Positions 51,701-63,961 of a stretch of DNA of 64,000 bases are shown in pieces (position 1 is the first letter of the stretch; each line of letters opens with the position of its first letter). The position numbers were made by a program, and so were the translations under genes. Source of the stretch: Mustelus asterias (Eukaryota); NCBI RefSeq assembly GCF_964213995.1, contig NC_135803.1, positions 148,242,001 to 148,306,000 on the forward strand. Reading direction: 5' to 3'. Under the pieces are notes generated by a model. That model had not been told where the DNA came from and did no database searches. It was given only the letters and a program-made list of their open reading frames with translations.

Positions 51701-54700
51701 TCCCAGAAACAAATATTTTATGGAATCGTGTTGCCTTTTAGAAGCTGGGAATACAAAGATGTAAATTGCCCAATTTGCAGTTTCCAAACTGAAGATAAAA
51801 ATCTGGCCCTAATTATCACAGATTTAATTCATAAAATCATCTGCAGCATCGATGATCTATTGGGCAGATCGAGGCAGTTTATTAAAACTTTTTTCATGGG
51901 ATGTAGCTAAGCCAGGATTTGTTGCCCATCTCTAACTTTGCTTGAGAAGGTGTTGGTGATAAGCTGCCTTCTTGAACCGTTGCAGTCCATCTGATCAAGG
52001 CACACCCACGGTGCTGTTAGGAAGGAAGTCTCAGGATTTAATCCAGCTGCAATGAATGAATGGTGATGTCTGCTGCCCTTGTCCCCTTTAGGTGACAAAT
52101 ATTGCATTGGTGTTACTATTGTAGAATCCTATGCTATCAACTAGATGGTAGAAATCCCAGGTTTGGAAGGTGCAGTTAAAGGAAGTTTGGTGAGTTGCTG
52201 CAATTCATTTTGTGGATGGTACGTACTGTGGCCACTGTTTGTCAATGGTGCAGGGATTGAACATTTAGGGTGGTGGATGGGGTGCCAATCAAGCAGATCA
52301 CTTTGTCCTGGATGGTGTCAAACCTCTTGAGTGTTGTTGGAGCTGCACTCATCCAGACAAGTGGAGAGTATTCCATCACTGTTATGAAGGGGAGGTTGAT
52401 CTCTGAGAGCTAAACTAAGCTGTTACTTGATTCTATTCCTGTAGTGGTTTGGGACAACTGAGTGGCTTGCTAGTCCTTTTCACAGGGTCAGTAAGAATCG
52501 ACCACATTGATCTTGTCCACTACCTCCAATCTTGACAAAAGAAAATGTTTCCAAAAACAAAGATTGTGAAAGATAGCAAGACAGTCCATGGTACAGCAAT
52601 CCACAATGCCATAGGCTCGAAGAATCAAGATGAGAATGTGCTTATGTTGTACCACAAAGTGTTTTCCATCACGCCACAGGGCAGCTGAACACAAACAGAA
52701 TTGAGGTCATTTTGTGGTAGGGTATTCCTGCAGGCAAAAGAAAATAGCCTGATAAAAATATCTTCAGATAGATTATTTGGCAACTGGTGTGGTCCTGGGC
52801 TGCAGTAAATAGGAAGGTGCCCGATTTTGTGTTAGGTATGTTTCCACCCTGGACAGCAACTGAGATGTCACTAGAAGTTACAGCACTGAAAGAGGCCATT
52901 CTACCCAACTCGTCTATACTCACGCTTTTGAATCGGGCTACCCGCCTCCTTCATCTAACCATATCAGTTCCAGTTGGCTGCAAGAAGGGATCCGCACCTC
53001 CCAACAGTGTAACACTCCCCCAGTCCTGCACTGGAGCCAGGCTTGACATTTGTACTCAGGCCCTGGAGTTTGAACGTAGTGACTCATATGCAAACATAAA
53101 ACCAGCTCAGTCCCAGCTGGGACACAGCATGCAGTGCTTAAATATAGAAACTAACTCAGCAGTAGTACGCACTTTCTGTTTGACATTAGCAAGTTTCCCT
53201 GCTTATGAGCAATTTTCACTGTGACTATGTTTGGCAGATAAACAAGAATCTTATTAACTGTTTATGTTTTAATTGAGCTTGTTTCTGTTAAAATAACAAA
53301 ATGCCATGAATGTGTTAAGTATTTGCAATATTCCCACAATGTTTTGCAGTGTTCCAAGTTATGCCCTTTGGACAGTGTGAGAGAGACAAAGAGAAGTGAA
53401 TGAACGGATTTGAGTAGAACTTGACTCCAAGGTTTTATTTCAATGGTTTTGGGAGTAACAGTAACAAAGGTACCTTTCAAAAGGGAATTGAATAAAGGGG
53501 AAAGAATTGCAGGGCTATGGGGAAAGAGCAGGCGAGTGGGGTGAATTCGATTGTTCTTTCATAATGCCAGCACAGGCATGATGGGTTAAATGGCCTCCTT
53601 TTGTGCTGTAAGATTTAATGACTCACCTTGATCCCTCCTGGGAGCACAGTATTGAAAACCAAAAGTTACAAGAATGTAAGACATAGGAGCAGAAGTAGGC
53701 CATTCGGCCCATCGAGTCTACTCCACCGCTCAATGAGATCATGAGTGGTCTCATTGGCTTTCAGAAGGTTAGGACCCAATCGAAGATCTCTTGGCTATAC
53801 CAGGAAACGCTAAGGGAGTAAGTAACCTAAACTTACACTGGCAACACCATTGTGACCATTTGCTGTTAAAGTTAAGTTATTTTCAGTCTTAGTCGGGGAT
53901 AAATAAGCTTTCTACTGGAGAGGCAACTGCAGTTAGTTAATGAGGGAACTGGTTTCTCTGTAGCCAGTGATTCTGATTCACCCCTGCAGAATTGCAGCAA
54001 GCAAAAATACAGGTTCTCCGGCTAAGTGCACAATGTTAGTTATGACTGTTACACTACATTCTGCACTCTCTTCTTTCCTTCTCTATGAATGGTATGCTTT
54101 GTCTGTATAGTGCGCAAGAAACAATACTTTTCACTGCATTTTAATATATGTGACAATAATAAATCAAATCAAATCAAAAGCAAGCACAAAGACAGCAACT
54201 TATTAACGATAATCCTCAACTCCACTTTCTCGTCTTATCCCCAGAACCCTCGATTCCCTTACTGATTAAAAATCTGTGTATCTTGACGTGATAATTTAGT
54301 CGTGATGTTCTGTTGAGATTATCACAGTCATATTGTTGGAAGGTTTCACTTCACAAATTAACATGACTTACCTAGTTTTGGATTCCTAATGAAAGGACCC
54401 CTGTAAACTAGTATTGAAGTTCCAACAACTGTTGTAACATTTAAAATACCTAATCTTTCATGGATAAATAATTCGAGAATTGCAAGACTGAATTAAAGTG
54501 CAGTCTTAAGTGCCAGTGGTTCCAGTGTCAAAATTCTCAGGATTGGTACTCCCCTGGATTGTCCCTGATAATAAATCTGCATTTACAAAAAAGGAGCAGG
54601 AGGAGGCCATTCAGCCCTTCGAGCCTCCCCCACCCTCCAATAAGACCATGGCTGACCTGATAATAACCACAAATCTGCACCCCATCTACCCCCGATAACC

Positions 54701-54953
54701 CATCACCCACTTGCTTACTAAGAATCTATCCACCTCTGCCTTTAAAAAAACTTGTACGCCCTGAAATAATTAGTCAGGCAGTCAACTGACACCACTGGGC
54801 CTTCAAAGATGAAGAGCCCATCTTTGAGAGCTGCCAACCATCCAGCAGCTCTTCATGCTCAGCAGTGCCACTGGGACTGGTGGCCATTGCTTGTACAGTA
54901 AGAAGTCTCACAACACCAGGTTAAAGTCCAACAGGTTTATTTGGTAGCAAATA

Positions 54954-54990
54954 CCATAAGCTTTCGGAGCGCTGCTCCTTCGTCAGATGG
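54954..54990 (-). ncRNA. Minimal type I hammerhead ribozyme (Penelope-associated)
   Basis: Reverse complement CCAT-CTGACGA-A-GGAGC-AGC-GCTCC-GAAA-GCTT-ATGG: intact core, perfect stem II, palindromic AAGCTT stem III. Confidence 0.85.
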
Positions 54991-55883
54991 AGTGGATATC
55001 TGTTCTCCAACAGTGCACAGACACAGAAATCAAGTTACAGAATACTGATTAGAATGCAAATCTCTACAGCCAGCCAGGTCTTAAAGGTACAGATAATGTG
55101 GGTGGAGGGAGCACTCGTCAGGTAGAGTGGAGAAATGCTCACAAACAGGGCATACAGAGACATAAACTCAATTTACAGAATAATGATTGGAATGCAGTCT
55201 TTACAGATAATCAAGTCTTAAAGGTACAAACAATGTGAGTGGAGAGAGCATTAAGCACAGGTTAAAGAGATGTGTATTGTCTCCAGACAGAACAGCTAGT
55301 GAGATTCTGCAAGATCAGGGGGAAAGCTGTGGGGGTTACTGATAATGTGACATAAATCCAACATCCCGGTTTAGGCCGTCCTCATGTGTGCGGAACTTGG
55401 CTATCAGTTTCTGCTCAGCGACTCTGCGCTGTCGTGTGTCGTGAAGGCCGCCTTGGAGAACGCTTACCTGAAGATCCAAGGCTGAATGCCCGTGACTGCT
55501 GAAGTGCTGAAGCAGTCACGGGCATTCAGCCTTGGATCTTCAGGTAAGCGTTCTCCAAGGCAGCCTTCACGACACACGACAGCGCAGAGTCGCTGAGCAG
55601 AAACTGATAGCCAAGTTCCGCACACATGAGGACGGCCTAAACCAGGATGTTGGATTTATGTCACATTATCAGTAACCCCCACAGCTTTCCCCCTGATCTT
55701 GCAGAATCTCACTAGCTGTTCGGTCTGGAGACAATACACATCTCTTTAACCTGTGTTGAATGCTCCCTCCACCCACATTATCTGTACCTTTAAGACCTGG
55801 CTGGCTGTAGAGATTTGCATTCTAATTAGTATTCTGTAACTTGATTTCTGTGTCTGTGCACTGTTGGAGAACAGATATCCACT

Positions 55884-55920
55884 CCATCTGACGAAGGGGC
55901 AGCACTCCGAAAGCTTATGG
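55884..55920 (+). ncRNA. Minimal type I hammerhead ribozyme (second arm)
   Basis: CCAT-CTGACGA-A-GGGGC-AGC-ACTCC-GAAA-GCTT-ATGG, with two substitutions in stem II. Confidence 0.8.
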
Positions 55921-56360
55921 TATTTGCTACCAAATAAACCTGTTGGACTTTAACCTGGTGTTGTGAGACTTCTTACTGTGCTTACCCCAGCCCAACGCCG
56001 GCATCTCCACATCATTGCTTGTACTGCAGGGAGAGATTGAAGCAGCAACTCTGGAGGAGGCTCCAAAAGAACTTCGACAGATTCCTGACAGCAACAAGAC
56101 CCCTTTTAATTCTTGCCATGTTTTATTGGTGGGTGTGATCTGGTGGATTCCTCTCCGAGTTCTGCTTGATTCCACACCTTGTGAACAGGTGAGTGTTCAT
56201 TTTCTTTTGGAGAAACCCTGCTTTTTAGTCAGCTATGCTCTATGCTCCCTGAACACCCCCCCACCCCCTCCATCCTGGGCAATAACCAAAGCCCCCACTC
56301 AATAATTGAATCATCTCCTCCCCCGCCCCCCCCAAAACTGCTCAACAGGAAATCTGCCAA

Positions 56361-56642
56361 GGACGGCATAGTGGTTAGTGCTGCTGCCTCACAGCGCCAG
56401 AGATCTGGGTTCGATTCCCGGCTTGGGTCACTGTCTGTGTGGAGTCTGCACATTCTCCCCGTGTCTGCGTGGGTTTCCTCCCACTGTCCAAAAGATGTGA
56501 TGGTTAGATGCAATGGCCATGCTAAATTCTCCCTCGGTGTACCCGAACAGGCATCAGAATGTGGCAACTAGGGATTTTTCACAGTAACTTCATTGCAGTG
56601 TTAACGTAAGCCTACTTGTGGCACGAAGAAGTAAATAAACTT
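56361..56642 (+). mobile_element. V-SINE family B
   Basis: Head, V-domain and family-B tail. Confidence 0.85.
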
Positions 56643-57087
56643 GTAAAATCTTTAAGCTCAGCAATTCACCTGCTCCCCCACGTTTTGACTCTGGGGTCAC
56701 ATGAAGTCTGAGGCATTAAAATGGGGTCTCACCGGGTAAGGGTTTGGAAGGCACTGATCTAAGACGTTGTCAGAAAATTTCTAGTATCTATAATTAAAAA
56801 TATGGTGACTTATCACCTTGAGTATTTTCAGCTGATCAGAGTTATCATGAATTTTAAAAAGGGAAGTCATGCCTGACTAATCTCATTGAATTTTCTTTGA
56901 ACAGGTGACTAAAGCATCAGATGGGAGAATGTCTCGGAATGTTATTTATACGGACTTCCAAAGAAGTCCATATAACCATAAGTCATTTAACCACAAACAC
57001 ACCTCTTTTATAAGAGACACTTAGCTACAGTTGAAACTCATGAAATGGAGGGAATTTTTTCTTTATTCTTTCAGAGGATTTTTTAAA

Positions 57088-58355
57088 AATTCATTCATAG
57101 GACATGGGTGTCGCTGGCTGGCCAGCATTTATTGCCCATCCCTAGTTGCTCTTGGCTAGGCCATTTCCGAGGACAGTTGAGAGTCAACCACATTGCTGTG
57201 GCTCTGAAGCCACATGTAGGCCAGACCAGGTAAGGACGGCAGATTTCCTTCCCTAAAGGACAGTAGTGAACCAGATGGGTTTTTCCGCCAATCGTTTCAT
57301 GGTCATCAGTAGATTCTTAATTCCAGATACTTTTTATTGAATTCAAATTCCATCATCTGCTGTGGCAGGATTCAAACCTGGGTCCCCAGGACATCTGCTG
57401 AGTTTCTGGATTAATAGTCTAGTGAAAATACCACTAGGCCATTACTTTCCCTTCCATGAGGGTGTGCGTGTCCATGGCAAAGCCAGCATTTGTTGCCCAT
57501 GCCAAACTGTCTGAAATAATTGGCTTGCGAGGCCATTTCGGAGGGCATTTCAGAGTCAACCACATTGCTGTGGCTCTGGAGTCATGTGTAGGCCAGACCA
57601 GGTAAGGACGGCAGATTTCCTTCCCTTAGTGAATCAGATGGGATTTTACGACAATTGTTCATGGTCACCATTACTGAGACTAGTTTTCAATTCCAGGTGG
57701 GATTTGAACCCATGTCCCCAGAGCATTAGCCTGGGCCTCTGGATTACGAGTCCCGTGATATTACCACTATGCCACCCGGTAAGGGAAGTTCCGGTGAGCG
57801 GCAGGAGACAAAATTGTGCCGGCACATTTCCGCAGGGCAGAAGCAGAGGCAATTGTAATAAGGCTGAGATGAGAATACTTTTGTTTGTGCAGTGACTTGT
57901 CCTGATCTGGACTGCATGAACCGAAAGCCTAATGGAAGCAGATTCAATGATAGCTTTCAAAAGAGAATAGGGTATATAGGGGAGGCAGTAGTGTGGTGGT
58001 ATTGTCGCTAGATTAGTAATCCAGAGGCCCAGGGTAATGCTCTGGGGATGGTTCGAATCCCACCACGGCAGACGGTGAAATTTGCATTCAATAACAATCT
58101 GGAATTAGAAGTCTAATGATGACCATGAAACCGTTGTCGATTGTTGTATAGACCCATCTGGTTCACTAATGTCCTTTAGGGAAGGAAAGTTGTTGTCCTC
58201 ACCTGGTCTGGCCTATATGTGACTCCAGACCCACAGCAATGTGGTTGACTCTGAACTGTCCTCTGAAATGGCCTAGCAAACCACTCAGTTCAAAAGCAAT
58301 TAGGGATGGTCAATAAATATTGGTCCAGCCAGCGAAGCCCACATCCCATAAATAA
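57088..58355. mobile_element. Cluster of three SINE family C copies (57088-57452 minus, ~57460-57775 minus, ~57980-58355 plus)
   Basis: Shared body gagtcaaccacattgctgtggctctg...gccagaccaggtaaggacggcagatttccttccct and its reverse complement. A further minus copy lies at ~59780-60060. Confidence 0.85.
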
Positions 58356-58399
58356 ATAGGGGCAACAAATGCTTGAAAGAAGAATTTCAGGACTTTGGA

Positions 58400-58705
58400 T
58401 GGGCAGAATGGTGGCACAGTGGTTAGCGCTGCTACCTCACCGCCAGGGATCGGGGTTCGATTCCCGGTTTGCGTCAATATCTGTGCAGAGTCTGCACATT
58501 CTCCCGTGCCTGCATGGGTTTCCTCTGGGTGCTCCGGTTTCCTCCCACAGTCTGAAAGATGTGCTGATTAGGTATATTAGCCATGCAAAATTTTCCCTCA
58601 GTGTACCCGAACAGGCGTCGGAGTGTGGCGACTCGGGGATTTTCACAGTAACTTCATTGCAGTGTTAATGTAAGCCAACTTGTGACACTAATAAATAAAC
58701 TAAAA
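58400..58705 (+). mobile_element. V-SINE family B (plus a 5'-truncated copy at 58768-58908)
   Basis: Family-B tail. Confidence 0.85.
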
Positions 58706-59069
58706 ACCTAAAGCTGGCAAGGCCAGCATTTGTTGCCCACCGCTAATTGCCCTCGTGAAGGTCACCCTCCCGCAGTCTGAAAGACGTGCTAGTTTAGGTG
58801 CATTGACCCAAACAGGTGCCGGAGTGTGGCGACTAGGGGAATTTCACAGTAACTTCATTGCAGTGTTAATGTAAGCCTACTTGTGAACTGAGATAAATAA
58901 ATGAACTTAAAACCATCCAATTAGTTTAAGTTTCATCAAAGAGGCTGAAACTCCTCTCTTTTACTGCAGGTTCTGACTTAGATTCCTCAGTGTGTGAAAT
59001 TAGACTGAGCCCTGTAATTGGACGCTGAGTCTGTGTCAGGTTTACACAATGCTGCTACACATTAAAAAC

Positions 59070-59306
59070 TCAGCATTGATCGCGGGTGCGAGGAACTCCC
59101 TCACTTGTTAACAGGGGGGCTTGGGAGACAGAGGCTCACAGCGATTTCATCCCTACAAATGGAACAAGTGGAATCTTTCCTCATTAGGAAAACTTTCTCT
59201 GCACCGTGTTAGCCTGGACTGGGGAAGAGGACAAAATTGGGGAAGAGGAGGAGAGAAGATTACTAATCCAGTCCCTCCCGCTGCTTCATAAACCCAGAGC
59301 GCAGGC
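59070..59306 (+). promoter_or_regulatory. Probable promoter/5' UTR of the PPM1M-like gene
   Basis: Repeat-free, locally GC/CpG-enriched sequence directly upstream of the ATG, with CATAAA at 59287-59292. Confidence 0.35.
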
Positions 59307-59521
59307 ATGTTTAAGAGGCTAAAGAGAAGGACTGCGCCCGTGGCCAGGAACCGCCAGCCGTCGACCACTTCTCGCCCGGAGCCCATCTACAACATGTACT
59401 GCCGGCCCCACTTTCTGCACCAAAACCCCGCAGAAATGAGCCAGAACGGGGATCAAAGGGACAGGCCGATCCTGCTTCCTCCGAGGAACAAGAAACTTCC
59501 GTGGAACACAGGCTACGCTGA
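59307..59521 (+). CDS. PPM1M: Protein phosphatase PP2C (PPM1H/J/M subfamily, likely PPM1M), first coding exon
   Basis: ATG 59307 with an upstream in-frame TAA. MFKRLKRR...YCRPHFL...DRPILLPPRNKKLPWNTGYAE ends at GCTGA|gtgagt (phase 2). RPxFL...RPI...LPWxxGYAE is the N-terminal motif of this subfamily. The segment is CpG-enriched and TWF2 is the neighbour. Exon 2 was not found in the window. Confidence 0.8.
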
Positions 59522-60294
59522 GTGAGTTTCAACAGGAAATAACTTGTGTTCAAAATGATGAAACTTCCATGCCAAGCCTTTTGTGTAATTTGGGACAATT
59601 ACTGTCCTTTATTTGCAACAAAAATGTTACTAAATAATCTTCCCTTGTGGTGAAATAATCAAATTATTCATTTACACACGGTTACTCTTCAAAAAAGAAA
59701 AACGCTTGTGGTATTTGCCGCCTTCAAAACAACGTTCTTTAGAATCGTACAACAAAAGAGAAGGCCATTCGGCTGACCGGGCCAGCATTTGTTGTTTTGA
59801 ATCAACCACATTGCTGTGGTTCTGGAGTCACATGTAGGCCAGACCAGACCAGATTTCCCTTCCCTAAAGGCTATTAGTGAACCAGATGGTTTTTTTTACA
59901 ACAATGGTTTTGAGGTCACCATTACACTTTTAATTCCAGATTTTTTATATTTGAATTGAATTTTTGCCATCTGCCATGGTGGGATTCGAACTTGGGTCCC
60001 AAGTGTGTCACCCTCTGGATTACTAGTCCAGTGACAATACCACTATGCTGTCAGCTCCCTCTTGATAGAGCCATATGAGTCCCTCTCCCCAGTTCTTTCA
60101 TAGGAGATTGGAGTAGACCACTTGCCCCTTGAGCCTGCTCCACCATTCAGTAAGGTCATAACTGATCTGACGCCACTTTCCCTTCTTCAATCCTTGATTT
60201 ACAGTTTAAGAATCTGTCTATTTCCGTCAGGAATATATTCAATAACCCAGATTTCTGCAGCAGAGAATCCCAAAGATTCACAATTCTTTGAGAT

Positions 60295-60949
60295 AAGTTT
60301 TAAGTTTATTTATTAGTGTCACAAGTAGGTTTACAGTAACACTGTAATTAAATTACTGCCGTATGAGGAATGGTTGAGGACTCTGGGTCTGCATTCGTTG
60401 GAGTTTAGAAGGGATCTTATTCAAACTTACAGGATTCTGCGAGGCCTGGATAGAGTGTACGTGGAGAGGATGTTTCCACTAGTAGGAAAAACTAGAACCA
60501 GAGGGCACAACCTCAGGCTAAAGCGATTATTTTAAAACAGATGAGGAGGAATTCTTCAGCCAGAGAGTGGTGAATCCGTGGAACTCTTTGCCGCAGAAGG
60601 CTGTGGAGGCCAGGTCATTGAGTGTCTTTAAGACAGAGATAGGTTCTTGATTTAATATGGGGAAAAGGCAGGAGCAGACTCGATGGGCCGAGTGGCCTAA
60701 TCCTGCTCCTGGTCTCATGAAAACCTCCTAGTAGCGACACGGTACACTGAGGGAGAATTTAGTATGGCCAATGCACCTAACCAGCACGTCTTTTGGATTG
60801 TGGGAGGAAACCGAAGCACCCGGAGGAAACCCATGCAGACACGGGGAGAATGTGCAGACTCTGCACAGACAGTGACCCAAGCCAGGAATCGAACCCGGGT
60901 CCCTAGCATGTGAGGCAGCAGTGCTAACCACTGTGCCACCGTGCCGCCC
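60295..60949 (-). mobile_element. V-SINE family B split by a plus-strand CR1 3' fragment (~60359-60715)
   Basis: The SINE tail (…aattactg) at 60295-60358 continues as tgaaaacctcctagt… at 60718. The intervening sequence is the CR1 RT end (YEE.LRTLGL...). Confidence 0.8.
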
Positions 60950-62176
60950 ACATACTCCACATTTCCATCTTAAATGGGCGACACTTTCGTCTGAAACTAT
61001 GTCCTCTAGTTTATATTCTTCCCCCAAGGGGAAACATCATGTCAGCATCTACCCTGTGCAACCCACTCAGAATCTTTTATTTTTTAATAAGATCACCAGT
61101 CATTCTTCTAAACTCTGATCAGGCAGGCCCAACCTGCTCGACGTTTCCTCTAGATGAAGATGCCCCTTCATCCCAGGAATCAGCCTAATGAACCTTCTCC
61201 AAACTACCTCCAATTCAAGTATATCCACCTTTTAACTAATGGGATCAAAACACTACGCAGTACTCTAGGCGTGGTTTCACCAAGGCCCTGTAATGTTTTA
61301 GCAAGACTTGCCTACTTTAATACTCCAACGTCCTTGCAATAGAGGTCAACATTCCATTTGCATTGCTAATTGCTTGCTGTACCTGCATTTTGTGATTCAT
61401 GGCTGAGAATATACAGATCTCTGATGTATCGAAGCATTCTGTAGCCTCCTTCTATTTAAATAATATTTTGTTTTTCTATTCTTACTACCAGTGGATAACC
61501 TCAAGCTTCCAATTCTTTGCCCACTCACTTAACCTACTTGTATCCCTGATAGGCTCTTTGTACCCTACTTACAACCTACTGCCCCATCTAGCTTCGTATT
61601 GTCAACAAATTTGGATGGATTGCATTAAAATAAATCAGAAGTGGTTGAGGCCCCAGCGTTGATCTCTGTTCCTTGATCCCTTTTGCTTCTCGAGTTTTAT
61701 TGGGGTGATTTTTAGCATCTTCTGCCATGAAGACCGATGTAAAATATCTGCTCGAAGTCTTATTTCCTTGTTTCCCATTATTAACTCGCATTTTGTTTCC
61801 TTTCTGAGTGTATCCAGCTTCCTTTAGAAAGTACCTACTGAATCCGCTTCTCCGGGCAGTGCCTTCCAGATCATAACCTCAGGTTCCGAGGAAGTGTCAT
61901 ATTTGACTCAAAACATTGACTCTTTTTTTCCCCCCCTCTCTACAGATGCTGCCGGACCTGCTGAGTATTTTCAGCACTTGTTGGTTTATATTGCATAACA
62001 ACTTGTTGACTGATACAGCTTTTCCTCGTGTTCACTCCCCTCTTACATTCTCTTGTGCAATCCTAATAGCCAGCGAGATTTAAAGGTGCGTTCGGGAGCT
62101 CTGTGTTTGTTTTTTTTTTATTGATTTATTGTCACATGTACTAAGATACGGTGAGAAGTATTGTTTTGCGTGCTAT

Positions 62177-62781
62177 CATAGAATCCTACAGTGCAGAAGG
62201 AGGCCATTCAGCTCATCGAGTCTGCACTGACCTCAATCCCACCCAGGCCCTATCCCCATAACCCCATGCACCTACGCTAGCTAGTCCCCCTAACACTAAG
62301 GAGCAATTTATCATGGCCAATTCACCCGCAAATCTTGGGTGGCATGGTGGTTAGCACTGCTGCCTCACAGCGCCAGGGACCCAAGTTCCATTCCCGGCGA
62401 TCTGTGTGGAGCTGCACATTCTCCCTGTGTCTGCGTGGGTTTCCTCTGGGTGCTCTGGTTTCCTCCCACAGTCTGAAAGACGTGCTAGTTTAGGTGCATT
62501 GACCCGAACAGGTGCCAGAATGTGGCGACTAGGGGAATTTCACAGTAACTTCATTGCAGTGTTAATGTAAGCCTTACTTCTGACTAATAAATAAGCTTTT
62601 AAAAAACTTTACTTTAAAATCTGTGGAGTGTGGGAGGAAACTGGCGCACCTGGACAAAGCCCACGTAGACACGGGGAGAATGTGCAAACTCCACACAGAT
62701 AGTGACCCAAGCCAGGATTTGAACCCCGATCCCTGGCGCTGTGAGGCAGCAGTGCTAACTACTGTGCCACCATGCCACCCT
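62177..62781 (-). mobile_element. V-SINE A (minus) with a nested V-SINE B (plus, 62338-62615)
   Basis: Family-A tail at 62177-62335 and head at 62620-62781 are separated by a complete family-B copy; aaatct occurs at both junctions. Confidence 0.85.
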
Positions 62782-63651
62782 TAATCATACCATCCATTGT
62801 TCCTTCTCAATACTTGACCTTTAATTTCAGCCTTGTAGGAAATTTACGACAAATTAATTTCAGTTGTGTTAATGTTTGTGGATCCATAGTCGAAGGAACA
62901 AAATTGTTTAATTTATTGTTAAATGAAGGAGCTCGATTGATAAGTGTCTGACACCTAACGTTTGAAAAAGGGAAGAAGTTAAATCCAGAAGTAATGATTA
63001 AGTAATAGCAAGCTTGGAGTTTAACCATCAGTTCCCTTATTTCCATTGTCAGTTTCCTCCGGCCTTCACATTCTGTTCAGGAATGACCCTGGCACTTTTC
63101 TTAATGTTAAAACTGAGGTATAAATCCAAATTATGGTTGCTAAAATTAGAAAACTGAATAAATTACAGGATATTGGGTAAAAAGCTACATAAATTTCAAA
63201 TCTGGAGTTTGAGTTAAGGGCAATGTTCCCCAGGCCTGCGGAGAATTAGTAACTCGAGAAGTAAACAAATGAGTTGGAGGAACTCACTTGTATGAAAAAC
63301 ATACCATCCAGCCAAGCTCTTAATAATTCACGTTGAAGTGTTCGAATTTCTTTTTTGATTTTCACTCTTTGTAAGCACAGTTCCTGTCCTTTTGTTCAAT
63401 ATCTTTTACACATCAAAACACTTGCTGTGTGGAGATTGATAAACATGAGACTTTGTACCAAAATCAGGGTCGGATGTTTACGAAAGCTACTGATAATGGC
63501 TTGAAGCACATTTACCTGATGCTGCTTTGCTTCATTTAAGAGTCTTGGTTTTACTTAACACCTCAGCTCGCCAAGAAGAGGGTCCAGTGGCAACAGAAGC
63601 CAGTGAATTGTGCACCTTCTTAGCCCAGAGTTTTCAAGAGTAGGGAAGTTA

Positions 63652-63961
63652 TCTCGGCCTTTTGGCTAAGATCAAGTGTAGTATCGACATGCTGTACTTG
63701 GTTGAAGTCATTGGGTTACATTTTAGCTTCGTTTGAAGCAATTTTTAAAAGCGGCATCTCAGCCTTTTAGCTAAGATGCAAATGAGATCAAGCGTTGGAG
63801 GAGGAGCTATGCCTACTCCAATCAGCTTGGATCATGTGGATCAAGCCCAAGACAGGAGGTGAGAGCCCTGTCTTGTCAGCTTGGATTGGGAATGTCTCAA
63901 CTTGTTGAGACTCTGAATTGGACTTGATTTGATTGAATTGGAATAAAAACAAAGAAAAAAA
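63652..63961 (+). mobile_element. U2 snRNA-headed, A-tailed retroposon (candidate U2-derived SINE or chimeric retrocopy) inserted in a CR1 fragment
   Basis: 63652-63685 TCTCGGCCTTTTGGCTAAGATCAAGTGTAGTATC corresponds to U2 nt ~7-40. A second, degenerate U2 copy lies at 63757-63792. AATAAA at 63942 is followed by an A-rich tail. The flanks read as a continuous CR1 RT (caagagtagggaagttat | aaactgtacaag...agaccacatctggagtactgt). Confidence 0.75.

Larger units (their letters stand above)
54897..56012. mobile_element. Penelope-like element insertion forming a ~1.1 kb inverted repeat
   Basis: Arms 54895-55500 and 55511-55979 are reverse complements around the 10-nt spacer gaagtgctga. The right arm encodes the GIY-YIG C-terminus SSHGHSALDLQVSVLQG...EQKLIAKFRTHEDGLNQDVGFMSHYQ* (55511-55675). 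TSD CATTGCTTGTAC at 54885-54896 and 56013-56024. Confidence 0.92.

Noticed and set aside
63652-63685. Functional U2 snRNA gene
   Set aside because: Only ~34 nt of U2 is present, with no Sm site or 3' stem-loops, and the upstream sequence is CR1 rather than an snRNA promoter.
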